Shown piece after piece: positions 1 to 12,316 of a stretch of DNA of 64,000 nt. Within the stretch, counting starts at the first letter, position 1; every line of letters starts with the position of its first letter. Below the pieces are notes generated by a model. That model was not told the DNA's origin. It ran no database searches and worked only from the letters and a program-made list of their open reading frames with translations. A program made the translations under genes and the position numbers. This DNA is from Blepharisma stoltei ATCC 30299 (Eukaryota; Protista; Ciliophora): contig CBFDEM010000001.1 of NCBI GenBank assembly GCA_965603825.1, positions 620,001 to 684,000 of the forward strand. The letters run 5' to 3'.

Positions 1-480
1 TGCCATTCTCAGCCTGGAGTTCACTGACAATTTCATTTCATTGATTTCTTTTTCGATTTCTTTCAAAAAAGTGACGATAAACTCAATTAGCTTTTCTCTA
101 TAAAGCTGCTCCATGTGGGTATGAATGATTAAGAAACTGATATCATACCCTTCTATAGGGACTCTTCTCATAATTAAAAATTGTTCTGCCCTCAGGGCTA
201 AAAACTTCATGAACATTGAAGAAAGCAGCCTATCAAGGTCATCCACTTTTTTAAACCTCAGAGAGATTCTTGTGGAGTTTATTGAAGGCTCTATCAGGGT
301 TTCTTCATATTTGGATCTCGTCAGGACGATCGGGGGTAATAAAAGTTCTTTAGATTTTCGAGTTTCGACTTCTGGCTTGTTGTGTCTTTCTTCATGCTGT
401 GATGGGAAGTTCCTGATGTTCAAAGCGGAGTCCAAGGCTGCGCTGATTTCGCCCAAATACTCTTCGAGAGATCTTAACAT
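1..480 (-). CDS. ARPC4: Arp2/3 complex subunit 4 (p20); 3' end runs off the window
   Basis: Minus strand from ATG at 480 translates as MLRSLEEYL...NFPSQHEERHNKPEVETRKSKELLL...IEPSINSTRIS...LRAEQFLIMRRVPIEGYDISFLI...EIEKEINEMKLSVNSRLRMA, matching ARPC4 signature motifs. Absent from the ORF track; the 125..514 + ORF is its antisense shadow. Confidence 0.96.
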   Translation of the reverse strand, partial: MLRSLEEYLGEISAALDSALNIRNFPSQHEERHNKPEVETRKSKELLLPPIVLTRSKYEETLIEPSINSTRISLRFKKVDDLDRLLSSMFMKFLALRAEQFLIMRRVPIEGYDISFLIIHTHMEQLYREKLIEFIVTFLKEIEKEINEMKLSVNSRLRMA

Positions 481-634
481 AATAAATGGAAATGATTCAA
501 CTATTGCTAGATAAAGAGAATAATTTAATAGGAAATATACAGTAGACTTAGCTTATATACTATTAAATTAGATTTTTCGTGTAATAAGCAAGAATAGCTC
601 TATTTAAATTTATAGAATATTAAATCGAATATTA

Positions 635-905
635 ATTACATATAATACAAATCGATATTACAGTTCAATTCTCTTGCTAAATTGTACTCCACCATCATTG
701 TGATAATTTAGCTTATCCTTGAAGTAATAAAATATTGATTTAAATTCGCTTAAAAGATCATAAATTTTAGTTTTTATCAGATAGCTTTGCTAAAAAATGC
801 ACCAAATAAGACAGTTTCTGCAAAACTCCTTCATTTTCTATTTTATATTTTTAATCAAAGCATTTAAAGATTATGAATACTAATATTTTAACTTCTGAGA
901 CTCCA
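635..905 (-). pseudogene. Degenerate relic of the 3' end of the HEXXH-protein family
   Basis: atagctttgctaaaaaatgcaccaaataagacagtttctg and aattctcttgctaaattgtactccaccatc align with the 3' ends of the genes at 1118-3670 and 4021-6585, with indels. Boundaries approximate. Confidence 0.6.
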
Positions 906-1117
906 ATATATTAAATGAGATTTTTATGATTCTTTCTGTGAAATAGCCAAATAAAATTTTATAGGGGGATTCAACGAAATTCAAAAAATTTATATAAGTA
1001 TAATAAATATTACGTAGAATTTGCACATTGAGGTGAATTATTTTCGCAACTTATATATTGAAGACTGCCGAATCTAAAGCTAGGATTTTAATTATAACTA
1101 ATTAAATCAACTATTAA

Positions 1118-3670
1118 TTACATTCGATCATGACCAATTCTTTCTAAATTGATACTGCAATTTAATCCTCTCGCCAAATTTAATCCTCCATCATATTGGT
1201 GATATTTACTGTTTAGCTCTTCCTTGAAATTACTGAGTTTTTGATTTCAATTTGCATCACAGTTTAAAAATTTAATTTGCTCGGCAGACAACTTTTTTAA
1301 AAATGCACCAAATAGAACTGTTTCTAGCCAAACTCCACCTTCGCTTAACATTTCACTATCTTCTTTATATAACTCAATAAGAGCCCCTGGAGCTCCTATC
1401 CAAATAGGGCCTTTAGACTCAGGAGTTCTTACGCCTATATCATAGCAGCCAGGAGTGTTTTCTTTACGAACAGCATGAGCCAATTCGTGTAAAAATACAA
1501 CTTTTAGTCCACACTGAGATATAGGGGTATTTTCACTTCACTTAGGATGAATCAATATTGTTCCGCCAAAAATAGTTATTCCAGAAATACTTTCAGGGAC
1601 GCTAGCGAAATAAATTCTGTTTTTATAGTCTTGCCTTAAATAATTGCGTAGGTTTTGATCAAGGCCAAGAGTTTTGAACGCTTCTTTTACTACAGGAGAG
1701 CTAGCTATATTCATAAGTTTAGACAATGAAGGTTCAGGTATGAGCACTGGAGGAGTCATTTTCATTTTAATTGCTATTTGATTTGCCTCATTTACATAGT
1801 TTTCATTTGCTGTTCCATCTAAACTGCAATCAAATAAACGTCTGAAATGTGATACCAGATATTGCTTAATTAATGTGTCAGTTGATGATTTTAGCAGAGA
1901 TATGTAAGCAAATGAATTCATGAACTCTTCAATAATTTTCTTTTGGATATTAACATAGAAATTGATATCTGAATTAAGCAATTTATATTTAACCTTCAAT
2001 AGTCCTTCTTCTTTAAAGATGCTGATAAGAGTTTTAATCATTATTGTTGTATCCGCACATTCCTGGAAATTAATTGTATGATAGTTGAAGTTTCCAAGGA
2101 TTTTTTCAATAAATTCACTTGATTCTAACTCCAAAAAAGACAATGAATCTAAATTTGGATTGTCCAAAAACCTATTGTAAATCGTAAAAAGATCTTTGAC
2201 TAAGGAGGATCCTTCAATAAATTCATTACTTTCAGGACGCATCTTTGAAATTTTGGATACAAAATAGAAGACATCTTCAGGTAGCTCTTCAAGATTTTGT
2301 GATATCTCATGAATTATTTCATTTAATTCAGTTTTCAAATTTGGAATAGCATCATAGCATAACCGGACTAATTTTGCCATTTCACCTGCTATTTCTCAGG
2401 TATTTATATTCACATGAAAAATCTTTATGAATTGCTTCATATACTTTATAGCCAATAATTCTCTTTTTTGCTTATTTTTTGTATTCATGTAAACATAGAG
2501 CAAAAATAAATGGATATTCCATTTAGAAAGACTGTAGTCACTTGGAGTAATACTTTTAAAATATTGGCTCAAAAACTTTTCATTTTTATGTGTTATCGTG
2601 AGCTGGTAATTAACAATTGTTTGAAGTGGCCCTTCAAAAAGAATACCTTCAGCTTCGATTAGTATCTTTGGATTTATTTCTTGTAAAATAAAAAATCCGT
2701 GATTAGAGTCATCAGATTCAATATAGTAACTTAAAAAATTTAACATCCGAGCCATACTTACCTTCATACTTTCCTTGTCTAAATAATATTTGCTTAAAAT
2801 TCCTTTTATAAATAAATCTGGATCTTTTTTATTTTTGCGTAGAAAGCGTAATAGTATATTATCTGAAATGCTGAGTTTGAAGTAAATGATCTTGCCTTCT
2901 AAATCGTACTTAATTGCTTCAATTTCACTTACTTCTTTCTTAAATAAAACCAATAAAGACAATTCCAAATGCTCTCTTGTTCTTTGGTTTATCAAAATCC
3001 ATTCAGCACAACTTGGAAGAAGAAAATCCTTATAACAGTCTTTCAATTCATTAATAAATGAGTAAAAGAAAGTTACATCCAAACTTTGCAAATCTGAGCC
3101 TGATTCAATGCTCTTAATAAATTGTGTCAAAATTGAAAGCACTTTTTCATACGAAACCCTTCAGGATTTCATTCCTTCTTTATGAAATTGCATAAAGTAC
3201 ATAAACAGTAAGAAGTATGTTCTTCGCTCTCCTTGAGTATCTATTTGCACATAATCTTCATTTTCTTCAGTAAAGCATCATTTAAAAAGCACATTTTCAT
3301 TGGCTACTCTTTGTATTTTCTGTTTGACTTGTTCGGTCACTTTGTTTGGATCTCGATACCAAATCAGTAAGTACAAAGGAATCCAGCAATACTCATCTAT
3401 ATCGAGCAGTGAGAAAATGTCTGCAAAATCCAGGCGAATGTTTATTCACTCATGGAGACAAATAGAGCTAAGCATGTCGAAATATCTCCAAATTTCAGAA
3501 GAGTTTTGGATGGGCAAATCAGTAAAGAAGCCTTCGATATTAGGCTTCTTACATCCTGTTTCTACTTCAAAAATTTCTGGGTTTGCTTGCTTTAATAGGT
3601 TTTCCAACTCAAAGCTGTTGTAGCTGAAAAATGTTCTTATAGATTCCTGAACTATTACAAACGATTCCAT
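1118..3670 (-). CDS. Uncharacterised 850-aa protein with C-terminal HEXXH zincin-like metallopeptidase motif (paralog A)
   Basis: One frame from ATG 3670 to TAA 1118 when TGA=Trp, joining four track ORFs. Contains GITIFGGTILIHPKW...KVVFLHELAHAVRK...EGGVWLETVLFG. Confidence 0.85.
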
Positions 3671-3747
3671 ATTTATAATTGAGCGATAGCAAAATAAAAT
3701 TTTACAGCAACACACCAATATGTCGACCTAAAGCCATTTTTAAAAAG
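3671..3747 (-). promoter_or_regulatory. Conserved upstream block of HEXXH paralog A (putative 5'UTR/promoter)
   Basis: About 77 nt nearly identical (about 4 mismatches by eye) to 6586-6662 upstream of paralog B. Confidence 0.5.
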
Positions 3748-4020
3748 CTGGAGGTCACATGATAATCAGTACTCCCAAAGTAAAAAAAGCAAAACACTTA
3801 AGAGCTGATAATTTTTTATATTTCAAAAAGGAAGATTCGTCAATAAAAATTTATAAAAATCAAAAGCATTTGAGAAATATATAAAATTCAACAATAAGAG
3901 ATTATTTCTTTGCGAAAATTTTCCCTAATTATGCGCAATTATCAAAGAGGAGGCATTTATCTTAATGAGAGTCTATTTCTTTTACAAAAAGATTATTTAC
4001 TTATATCTAAAAAACAACTA

Positions 4021-6585
4021 TTATTGCATGCGATCATGGCCAATTCTATCTAAATTGACACTACAATTTGATCCTCTTGCTAGATGGTATATTGCGCTGT
4101 ATTGGTGATATTTACTGCTTAGCTCATCCTTGAATTTGTCGAGTGGTTGATTTCAATTCGCATCATAATTCAAAAAATTAATTTGATCCTCAGATAGCTT
4201 TGTTAAAAATGTACCAAATAGAATTGTTTCTAGCAACACTCCACCTTCGCTTAGCATTTCACTTTTTTCTTTATATAACTCAATAGGAACTCCTGGTGGT
4301 CCTTTCCAAAAAGGGCCTTTAGAATCAGGAGTTTTTATGCTTATATCATAGCAGCCTGGAGTGCTTTCTTTACGAACAGCATGAGCCAACTCGTGTAAAA
4401 ATACAACTTTTAGTCCACACTGAGATATAGGGGTATCTTCACTTCACTTAGGATGAATCAATATTGTTCCTCCAAAAATAGTTATTCCAGAAATGCTATC
4501 AGGGACGTTAGCGAAATAAATTCTGTTTTCACAGCTTTGTTCTAAAAATTTATATAAGTTTTCATCAAGGTCAAGAGCTTGGAACGCTTCTTCTACCACA
4601 GGAGACTTAGCTATCTCCATAAGGTCTCACAATGATGATTCAGATATGCACACTGGTGGAGTCATTATCATTTTAATAGCTATTTGATTTGCCTCATTTA
4701 CATAGTTTTCATTTGCTGTTCCATCTAAACTGCAATCAAATAGACGTCTGAGATGTGACACCAGATATTGCTTAGTTATTGTGTCAGTTGATGATTTAAA
4801 CAGAGATATGTAAGCAAATGAATCCATGAACTCTTCAATAATTGTTTTTTGGATATTAACATAGAAATTGATATCTAAACTATGCAATTTATATTTAACC
4901 TTCAATAGTCCTTCTTCTTTAAAGATGCTGATAAGAGTTTTAATCATTATTGTTGTATCCTCACATTCCTGGAAACTAATTCTATGATAATCAAAATCGC
5001 CAAGTTTTTTATCAATAAATTCTGTTAACTCTGACTCAAATATATAAAGTGATTCTATATTTGGATTGTCTAAAAAATTATTGTAAATCGTAAAAAGATC
5101 TTTGACTAAGGAGGATCCTTCAGTAAATTCATCAGTTTCAGGATCTATTATTGAAATTGAGGTTAGAAAAACGCGGGCATATTTATGAAGCACTTTAGGA
5201 TTTTGCGATATTTCATCAATTATCTCATTTAATTCAGCTCGAAAATTTGGAATCGCATCACAGCATAATTGGATTAATGCATCCATTTCAACTTGTAATT
5301 GTCTGGTATTTATACTCGCATAGAAATTTCTTATGAATTGCTTGATATACTGTATAGCCAATAATTCTCTTTTTTGCCTATTTTTTGTGTTCATGTAAAC
5401 ATAGAGCAAAAATAAATGGATATTTCATTTAGCAAGACTGTAGCTACTTGGAATAATACTTTTAAAATATTGGCTCAAAAACTTTTTATTTTTATGTGGA
5501 GTCGTGAGCTGGTAGTTAACAATTGCTTTAAGTGGCTTCTCAAAGAGGATGCCTTCTTCTTCTATTAGTATATTTGGATGTATATTTTGTAAAAGCACTA
5601 ATCCGTCATTAGGGTTAACAGATTTAATATAGTAACTTAAAAATTTTAATATCCGAGCCATACTTTCCTTCATCCTTTCCTTCATGCTTTCCTTATTTAA
5701 ATAATATTTTTTTAAAATCCCGTTTATAAAAGAATCTGGATTTTGATATCGGAGTAAATAATGTGAAAGTATATTATCTGAAATGTCGAGATTGAAGGAA
5801 ATGATCTTGTCTTCTAAATCGTATCTAATTCCTTCAATTTCACTTACTTCTTTATTAAATAAAACCAAAAAAGCAAATTCCAAATGTTCTCTTGTTCTTA
5901 GATTTATTAAAATCCAATCAGCACAACTTGGAAGAGGAAAATTCGGATAGCAGTCTGCTAATTTATGAATAAATGAGCAAAAGAAAGTTAAATCCATACT
6001 TTGCAAAATTGATTCTGATTTGATACATTGAATGAATTGTTCCAAAATTCAACTCACTTTTTGATTCGAAACCTTTCAGGATTCCATTTCTTTATTATGA
6101 AATTGCACAAAGTACATAAACAGTAAGAAGTATGTTCTTCGCTCTCCATGAGTATATGTTTGCACAAAATCTTCATTTTCTTCACTAAAGCACCATCTAA
6201 AAAGCGCATTTTCATCGGCTACTCTTTGTATTTTCTGTTTGACTTGGTCAGTCACTTTCTTTGGATTTTTATTTCAAATCAGTAAGTACAAAGGAATTCA
6301 GCAATAATCATGCATATCAAGCAGCGAGAAAATGTCTGCCAAATCCATACAAATTCTCCTTCACTTATTGAGACAAATAGAGTTTAGCAGGTTGAAATAT
6401 GTCCAAATTTCAGAAGAGTCTTGGATTGGCACATTAGTAAAATAGCCTTCAGCATCAGGCTTCGTAAATCCTGTTTCTACTTCAAAAATTTCTGGGTTTG
6501 CTTGCTCCAATTGGCTTTCAAACTTCGACCTGTTGCGGTTGAAAAATGCTCTTATAGATTTCTGAACTATTGCAAATGATTCCAT
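4021..6585 (-). CDS. Uncharacterised 854-aa HEXXH zincin-like protein (paralog B)
   Basis: ATG 6585 to TAA 4021 in one frame with TGA=Trp. Colinear with paralog A, with the same KVVFLHELAHAVRKE motif. Confidence 0.85.
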
Positions 6586-6662
6586 ATTTATAATTGAGCG
6601 ATAGCAAAATAAAATTATTCAGCAACACACCAATATGTCGAGCTAAACCCATTTTTAAAAAG
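6586..6662 (-). promoter_or_regulatory. Conserved upstream block of HEXXH paralog B
   Basis: Near-identical to 3671-3747. Confidence 0.5.
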
Positions 6663-7120
6663 TCTAGGGGTCACTTATCGAATTATAGGGAAGTAATTAG
6701 AAATAAAATTCAAAAACTTAACTGTTTTTAATCTAAATTTTAAGAATTTTTCTTATTTTTACTTACATAATTTTGAATAAGAATGCACTCATCTAAAAAT
6801 TTCTATTGAAAAAGAGGGGCTTAATATAGCTCTTTTCTTGATTTATAATAGGCAGGCTAGACAAAAGAGCTGAACTTCTAAGTGGAAATTAAAGCAAAGT
6901 TTAAAGTATTTGTTATGCTTTATGAGGAATCAATGAAATTGTGCTGCTTTTAGGCTCTTTTAAAGAAGTTCTTTTGGAGTTATATATAAATAGTATAATA
7001 AGATTTCAAATTGTAGTAAAATTATTTTCAAAGACTGCTGAAATTTATAAATAGAATATTAATTACTATATAATCTTAAGAGATCTTTTATAAAGGAACT
7101 TATGCTAATTTTCAAAGATT

Positions 7121-8971
7121 TTAGAGTAAATCGCCAAATGGGTCTCTAGAAGATTGGACTGGTCTCGTACCAAATGAAGCTGACTTAGCTTGATTTGGTT
7201 CAAATGGATTAGAAGATTGGACAGGGAATGTAGGATTCGTAGGAAATGAAGGGTTATAAGAGCTTGAAGGATTTTCAAAAGGATTTGCAGATCTAGGCTG
7301 CTGAGGTTGTTGAGGCTGCTGAAAAGAATTGTTGTAAGGGGGGTTGCTGATGTTTGAAAATTGTTGTGGACGATTAAAAGGGTTATTTCTTGTCTCAGGA
7401 ACAGAAGTGGGCTGAATTTGAGCAAATGGATCAGAGGACTGTTGCATGCCTGGATTCATCATAGGATTCATCATGGGGTTCATCATAGGGTTCATCATAG
7501 GGTTCATCATAGGATTCATCATGGGGTTCATCATGCCTGTAAACATCATTTGGTTCATCATAGGGTTCATCATAGGATTCATCATAGGGTTCATCATAGG
7601 GTTCATCATTTGGCTCATATCTTGCATTTGTCCAGGCATTTGTCCTGGCATTTGTCCTGGCATTTGTCCTGGCATTTGTCCTGGCATTTGTCCTGGCATT
7701 TGTCCTGGCATTTGTCCAGGCATTTGTCCAGGCATTTGTCCCGGCATCTGTCCCGGCATCCCCTGCATCCCTGGCATCATTCCAGGCATTCCTTGCATCC
7801 CTGCTGATCCCTGTGGCTGTCCAAAGCTCGACATCACTAAATCCACCTTTGTAATCTCCGGATACATCCCTTGATTATTCTTTTTTTCTGGAGGTCTAAA
7901 CCCATCCATAAATAAATCCTCCTCAATTCCTTTTCCGCTCTCCTGCTGCGTGACCTTCTGCTGTTGCTCACTTACCCTATTTCTTTCCTCATTTCTTTTC
8001 TGATTCAATCTTTCATACTCCTCTAACGCCCTCCTTTGCTCTTCCAGCTCTTTGGGTGAATAGGACAATTCTGTTGACCTTTCACTATTTCCTTCACTCG
8101 GGGTATCTACATCCCCATAATGTTCTTCTGCATGCCTTTTCATAGAATCAAAAATTTCTCTAGGCCGATTCACAAAAGCAGGACTCGTAAGCCCAGTAAA
8201 CGGTAAACTATGAGAAAGTTCATAAAATTGCCCCAACATCCGTTGGCAGTTTTCGAACCTTTTATAGTGCTCTAAACCAGCAGCAGCTGCTTTTCCGCCA
8301 AATGTAGAAAACTTTTCTATCATTCGGTCTGTGGCGATTAGTAAAGTCCTGTAGAGAGGGTTCGCGTCTTGGAGGACAAGAAAGGCTGCGTTTTGGGTAA
8401 CTTTGAGATGATAATTTCTTATGGCCTGCTGAAAGCTTGGCCCAGATTTGACTAAGCTTTGAAGTTCGTTAAGGAGGTATCCGATTTCTCTGACCAATTC
8501 TGAGCTGTCAAGCCTGTCTATTATTTTGGTGCGGTCAGCTGGATGAGACATTAATATAGAGCCTTTACGAGAATGGTTGATAGCTTTGGATCTTATGAAT
8601 GCATAATAATCTTGAATTACTTGATTATGAGCACTCCCTCTTTCGCTGGGATCATTAAAACTCTGCATCGGCATATTCAGCTCAGCAAGTTTCCCTGAGT
8701 ATCCAGGACCTACTTGGTCTATTGCTCGGTGCAGGATAATAAGAGCTTTAAGCACTGCTGCCCATTTTTGGATCATTAAACGTTGGGACAATAGCATAAA
8801 AGCAGAATCAGGCGGTGTCTGTGGGTTTTGTCCTTGCAGCGCTCATATTATGGCCTGGACGTGTTTTTCTTTTGGCGGGTCATAGTCTCCATCATAAGTA
8901 GCCTTTAAAAGAGATTTTTCGTACGGAGACTTGGCTGAAAGTGCATATATGGACCTTTTAAGGTTAGACAT
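7121..8971 (-). CDS. ANTH-domain clathrin assembly/adaptor protein (AP180/PICALM-like), 616 aa
   Basis: MSNLKRS...[18 protein letters not shown] (TGA=W at 8843) ...[14 protein letters not shown] is an ANTH N-terminus. The disordered tail carries multiple NPF and DPF motifs. Confidence 0.9.
7455..7610 (-). repeat. 12-bp coding minisatellite encoding (MMNP)n
   Basis: ttcatcataggg/ttcatcatagga units in two runs within the ANTH gene tail. Confidence 0.9.
7625..7795 (-). repeat. 12-bp coding minisatellite encoding (GQMP)n
   Basis: catttgtcctgg/catttgtccagg units, about 11 tandem copies plus degenerate flanks. Confidence 0.9.
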
Positions 8972-9193
8972 TATTATGGAGTTATTGAAATTAGAAAAAA
9001 TCGTAGAACAATTGGCAGCCAGTATCAATAAAAAACAATAGACTTATACTATAAAGGTATTGTAAGGGGAAAAAATAATGAGATAGCTTATCATTTTATT
9101 ATGGAGAAGACTTTCCTAATATTTAGCCTGCAAATTATTTAATTTTTTATCAGATAAGCTTCATAATTTTCCCACAAGTTAACATATCTTATT

Positions 9194-10057
9194 ATGAAAA
9201 TGTCACCAAGTAAGCGAAGAGCATGGACACAAGATGTAACCACTATTTAGGAAGATGACATAATCCGAGAGCTGGTATCCGAATTCGGAACTAAACGATG
9301 GTCGCTCATAGCTCAGCTGCTAACTGAAAGAGCTTCTACAAAAGACAAGCACACCAAATCCAGAACGGGCAAACAATGCAGGGAAAGATGGCACAACCAC
9401 CTCGACCCAGGGATCAAAAAGAACACATGGACCAAGGACGAAGAAAATACCATTTTCAAGTACCAGAGGATCCTCGGGAACAAGTGGTCGGAAATCGCTT
9501 CTCACTTGCCAGGAAGATCTGATAACTCCATCAAGAACCACTTTTACAGCACACTCAGGAAAAAGCTGAGGAATTACAACAGGTTTAGCTTGGGAGACGA
9601 AAGGTTCAATGGATCCATCAAGGAGGTGCTGCAAAACCATGAACTTATGGGTGAGTTACTAAATTATCCAAGCTCTGAATACGAGATCGGAAAATGGGAA
9701 ACTCCAAGGTGAAGCACCGAGGAAAGTTCTGAGGACACCGAAGAGCAGCTGGAAGCTAGCTCTAAACCTAAAACAGAAGCAGAAATTGACGACGCATCCA
9801 CCATCCTCTGCTCCCTTTATGACGCCAGAGAAGACTCTTTAACTTCCTGCCCATCCTCTCCAAGGTCAAGTGAAGCTGATTTTGGTAGTTTTGAAAGCAT
9901 AGTGACTCCTACTATGATTATCAGGGCTGCAGCTTTGGATATCAAGCACTTTGATTTTTCTGAGCCAAGCCAAAATCAATTTTCCTTTGACCATAGGTGT
10001 GGAGGCAGCCCGAAAGGATTTCAGCTTACCAATTCATTACACATCATAGAAGCTTAA
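9194..10057 (+). CDS. Two-repeat (R2R3-type) Myb transcription factor, 282 aa, one intron
   Basis: RRAWTQD|EDDIIRELVSEFGTKRWSLIA...RTGKQCRERWHNHLDP...WTKDEE...GNKWSEIASHLPGRSDNSIKNHF. Requires removing intron 9236-9250. TGA=W at 9710; TAA at 10055-10057. Confidence 0.92.
9236..9250 (+). other. 15-nt spliceosomal intron GTAACCACTATTTAG
   Basis: GT..AG. Removal restores the Myb WTxxED motif; retention gives an in-frame TAG. Confidence 0.92.
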
Positions 10058-10122
10058 ATCTTCGCCACATTAATGTCTAAATGCAAAGAACTATCCTAAT
10101 AAGTTTTCTATATGAAAATAGC

Positions 10123-10719
10123 TTAAATACAAGAACTAGAAGAGTTGTGGTGGTCTGTAGAAGTCCTGCAGGTCGGGCAAGAGTTACGGATTTGTAGCCA
10201 TCTCACCAGGCAGCCATTGTGGAAATTATGCCCACAAGGCATTTTTCTTGCTTGTTCGTTAGGCTTAAACGATTCTTGACAAATCGAGCATTCTCCTGAA
10301 ACCTCCGATCCTCGGAGAACAGGCAATGAATTTATAGTAGCTTCATTGGCAGGCACCAACCCTTGCCTTTCTTGGGTTAGTCTTGTGATCAAATTAATAA
10401 GGTCGTTAAAGCTCTGGCCTTCATCCACAAAAGCAGCATAAAAAATCACTTCAGGCTGCAGCGGAATCCTATTATTAATAACAATATTCCTATTTTCTAT
10501 CATCCTCTCACTTCTTCCTGCATTTTCATTGTGCAATCTTAAATTTTGTGCATCCAAGTCAGGCACAAAGTTGCTTGGATGAGCCTCATTTTGAGGGATT
10601 TCTTCAACGAGCTCTGAATGGCACCTTGCACATTGGAAGCTCGAACAGTCTGAATCTTGTAAATATGTACAGCGACAAGAATGGCACCAGTAATGAACCA
10701 TGTGGTATTCTGAAATCAT
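10123..10719 (-). CDS. RING-H2 E3 ubiquitin ligase with N-terminal zinc ribbon (RNF115/RNF126-like)
   Basis: YWCHSC...CARCHSELVEEI at the N-terminus and CSICQESF...MPCGHNFHNGCLVRWLQIRNSCPTCR at the C-terminus. Confidence 0.9.
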   Translation of the reverse strand: MISEYHMVHYWCHSCRCTYLQDSDCSSFQCARCHSELVEEIPQNEAHPSNFVPDLDAQNLRLHNENAGRSERMIENRNIVINNRIPLQPEVIFYAAFVDEGQSFNDLINLITRLTQERQGLVPANEATINSLPVLRGSEVSGECSICQESFKPNEQARKMPCGHNFHNGCLVRWLQIRNSCPTCRTSTDHHNSSSSCI

Positions 10720-10777
10720 TTTTTATTATATCAGTACCATATTTTAAAAAAGAACCATAAGAATTTTACTTTACAAA

Positions 10778-12316
10778 TTATTCTGAATTTTGCTTGTAAA
10801 ATAAAATATAAGCTTCAGCTTTTACAATTTGTGTCTCGGAAACTTGGGAAACGTGGGTGTCTGAACAATGGTACCAGGCATTGTTGTGCTTTACAAAAGC
10901 GATATAGTGCCCGCCAAGCATACTTCCTGAGTGTACAACGACCCCAAAAAGGCTGTAACGGGTGTTTTCTCCAGGCTTAATCACAAATTTGTGTATATCC
11001 AGGTCAAAGCCAAAACGTATATGGGTCCCGATTTTTTGGAATCCTCGGCCTTTGTGGGAAAATCGCTTAAGGTGTAAAACTAGGACTTTTGGGGCTCCAT
11101 ATAATAAAAATGTGCGTGTGGCTTGGGTTTCCCTTTTGCATTCGTCACATTTGTAGAGGTTTTTGTTGTCTTTGAGGTCTTCACGGCACATGAAATCTTC
11201 TAGGCAGCCTAAAAGAGTATCTGGGTCATGATAATGGCCAACTACAGGCTCATATAGCTGCTGGTCTCGGAATATTTCAGGCAGCTGCTCTGGAGGGATC
11301 AAGGTAAATTCATTATTAACATCGTCTGATATAGGAACTTTTTTTAATGGGATTTCTAGTGAGAGATCTAAAATTGGGTCAAAAGTTCTAGACACAGTTT
11401 GACAGTTCAGGCATCTTACAGTGCTCATAAGCTTGTTTCCAAAGGTTTGCTCAACAATATTATTAGGATCATGATGAAATTTTGTGAACTCAGTCGATAA
11501 AGCATCAAGTAGCGATCTCAGAAGCTCATGAGAATCTTGTTGGCCATATCCTCGGAATTGAGCAAAACGCTTTGTTATTGATGAATGCAAGAGCCTTGGG
11601 TTATATGGACCACGGCCAAACCGCATTTCGTTCAAGGTCTGAGCAAAAATCATATTGATCCCTCCTAGTTCTTTTTCTTCTATTGAATTAAGGTAATACT
11701 CTGCAAGAGGAACTGTCGCGTTTAAACATTGTAAGGCTGAGTTGAAAAAGCAAGTATTGCCTAAGTTATTGAGCCCTCTTACCGTAATTCTTGGTTTTTC
11801 GACTTCTCGTGGAGGCTCTTTAGTTTCTTCTTCGTTTTGGTTGATTTCTTCTTCGTCATTATCCACTTTTCTGGCTTCTGGCTTTAGCGTTTTCTTTTCT
11901 TGTACGATTTTTTTTATTTCTACTGGTGGCTTGTTCAGAATTTTTTCATCTCTCCCTTTCTTTTTGTTAGATTTAGCTTTAAAATTCATTAGCACAGTTT
12001 TTATATCATCTATCATTTCTAAAGCTCGGTCCTTTTTGCTTTCACTTTCAAATGTTTCTGCTAAATTTGACAGAGAATCGTCACACAAATAGCATCATAC
12101 GTCATAAGAGTCAGTAGAAATCGCGATGGCATGCTTTTTAGTAAGAGAGTGCTTCTCAGCATGTCCTAATTGATAGCGGCCACAGCCTTGGGAATAGCAA
12201 TTTAAGCAAAGTCAAGAATTTTTCTCTTGGCAGCTTTCACACTGGCCTATATTTAAATTAGGCAAAACCTTTCTAAGCTGTTGTGGTTTTATATTTGCGA
12301 AGTGGTTGCAAGCCAT
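10778..12316 (-). CDS. Ubiquitin-specific protease with ZnF-UBP domain (USP16/45-like), 512 aa
   Basis: Extends upstream of the track ORF to ATG 12316. ZnF-UBP reads CESC..NSWLCLNC..GCGRY..GHA..H...VWCYLCD, with both Trp as TGA (12212, 12095). Cys box GLNNLGNTCFFNS, QQDSHE, His box HSGSMLGGHY. Confidence 0.92.

Noticed and set aside
125-514. 129-aa plus-strand ORF
   Set aside because: Antisense to ARPC4.
990-1110. Weak similarity to 6985-7070 (tattttc..aagactgc.gaa)
   Set aside because: Low-complexity AT-rich match; it may be a duplication boundary but cannot be supported by eye.
7361-7874. His-rich and (ICPG)n plus-strand ORFs, or a CRISPR-like array
   Set aside because: These are antisense shadows of the 12-bp coding repeats in the ANTH gene; there are no unique spacers.
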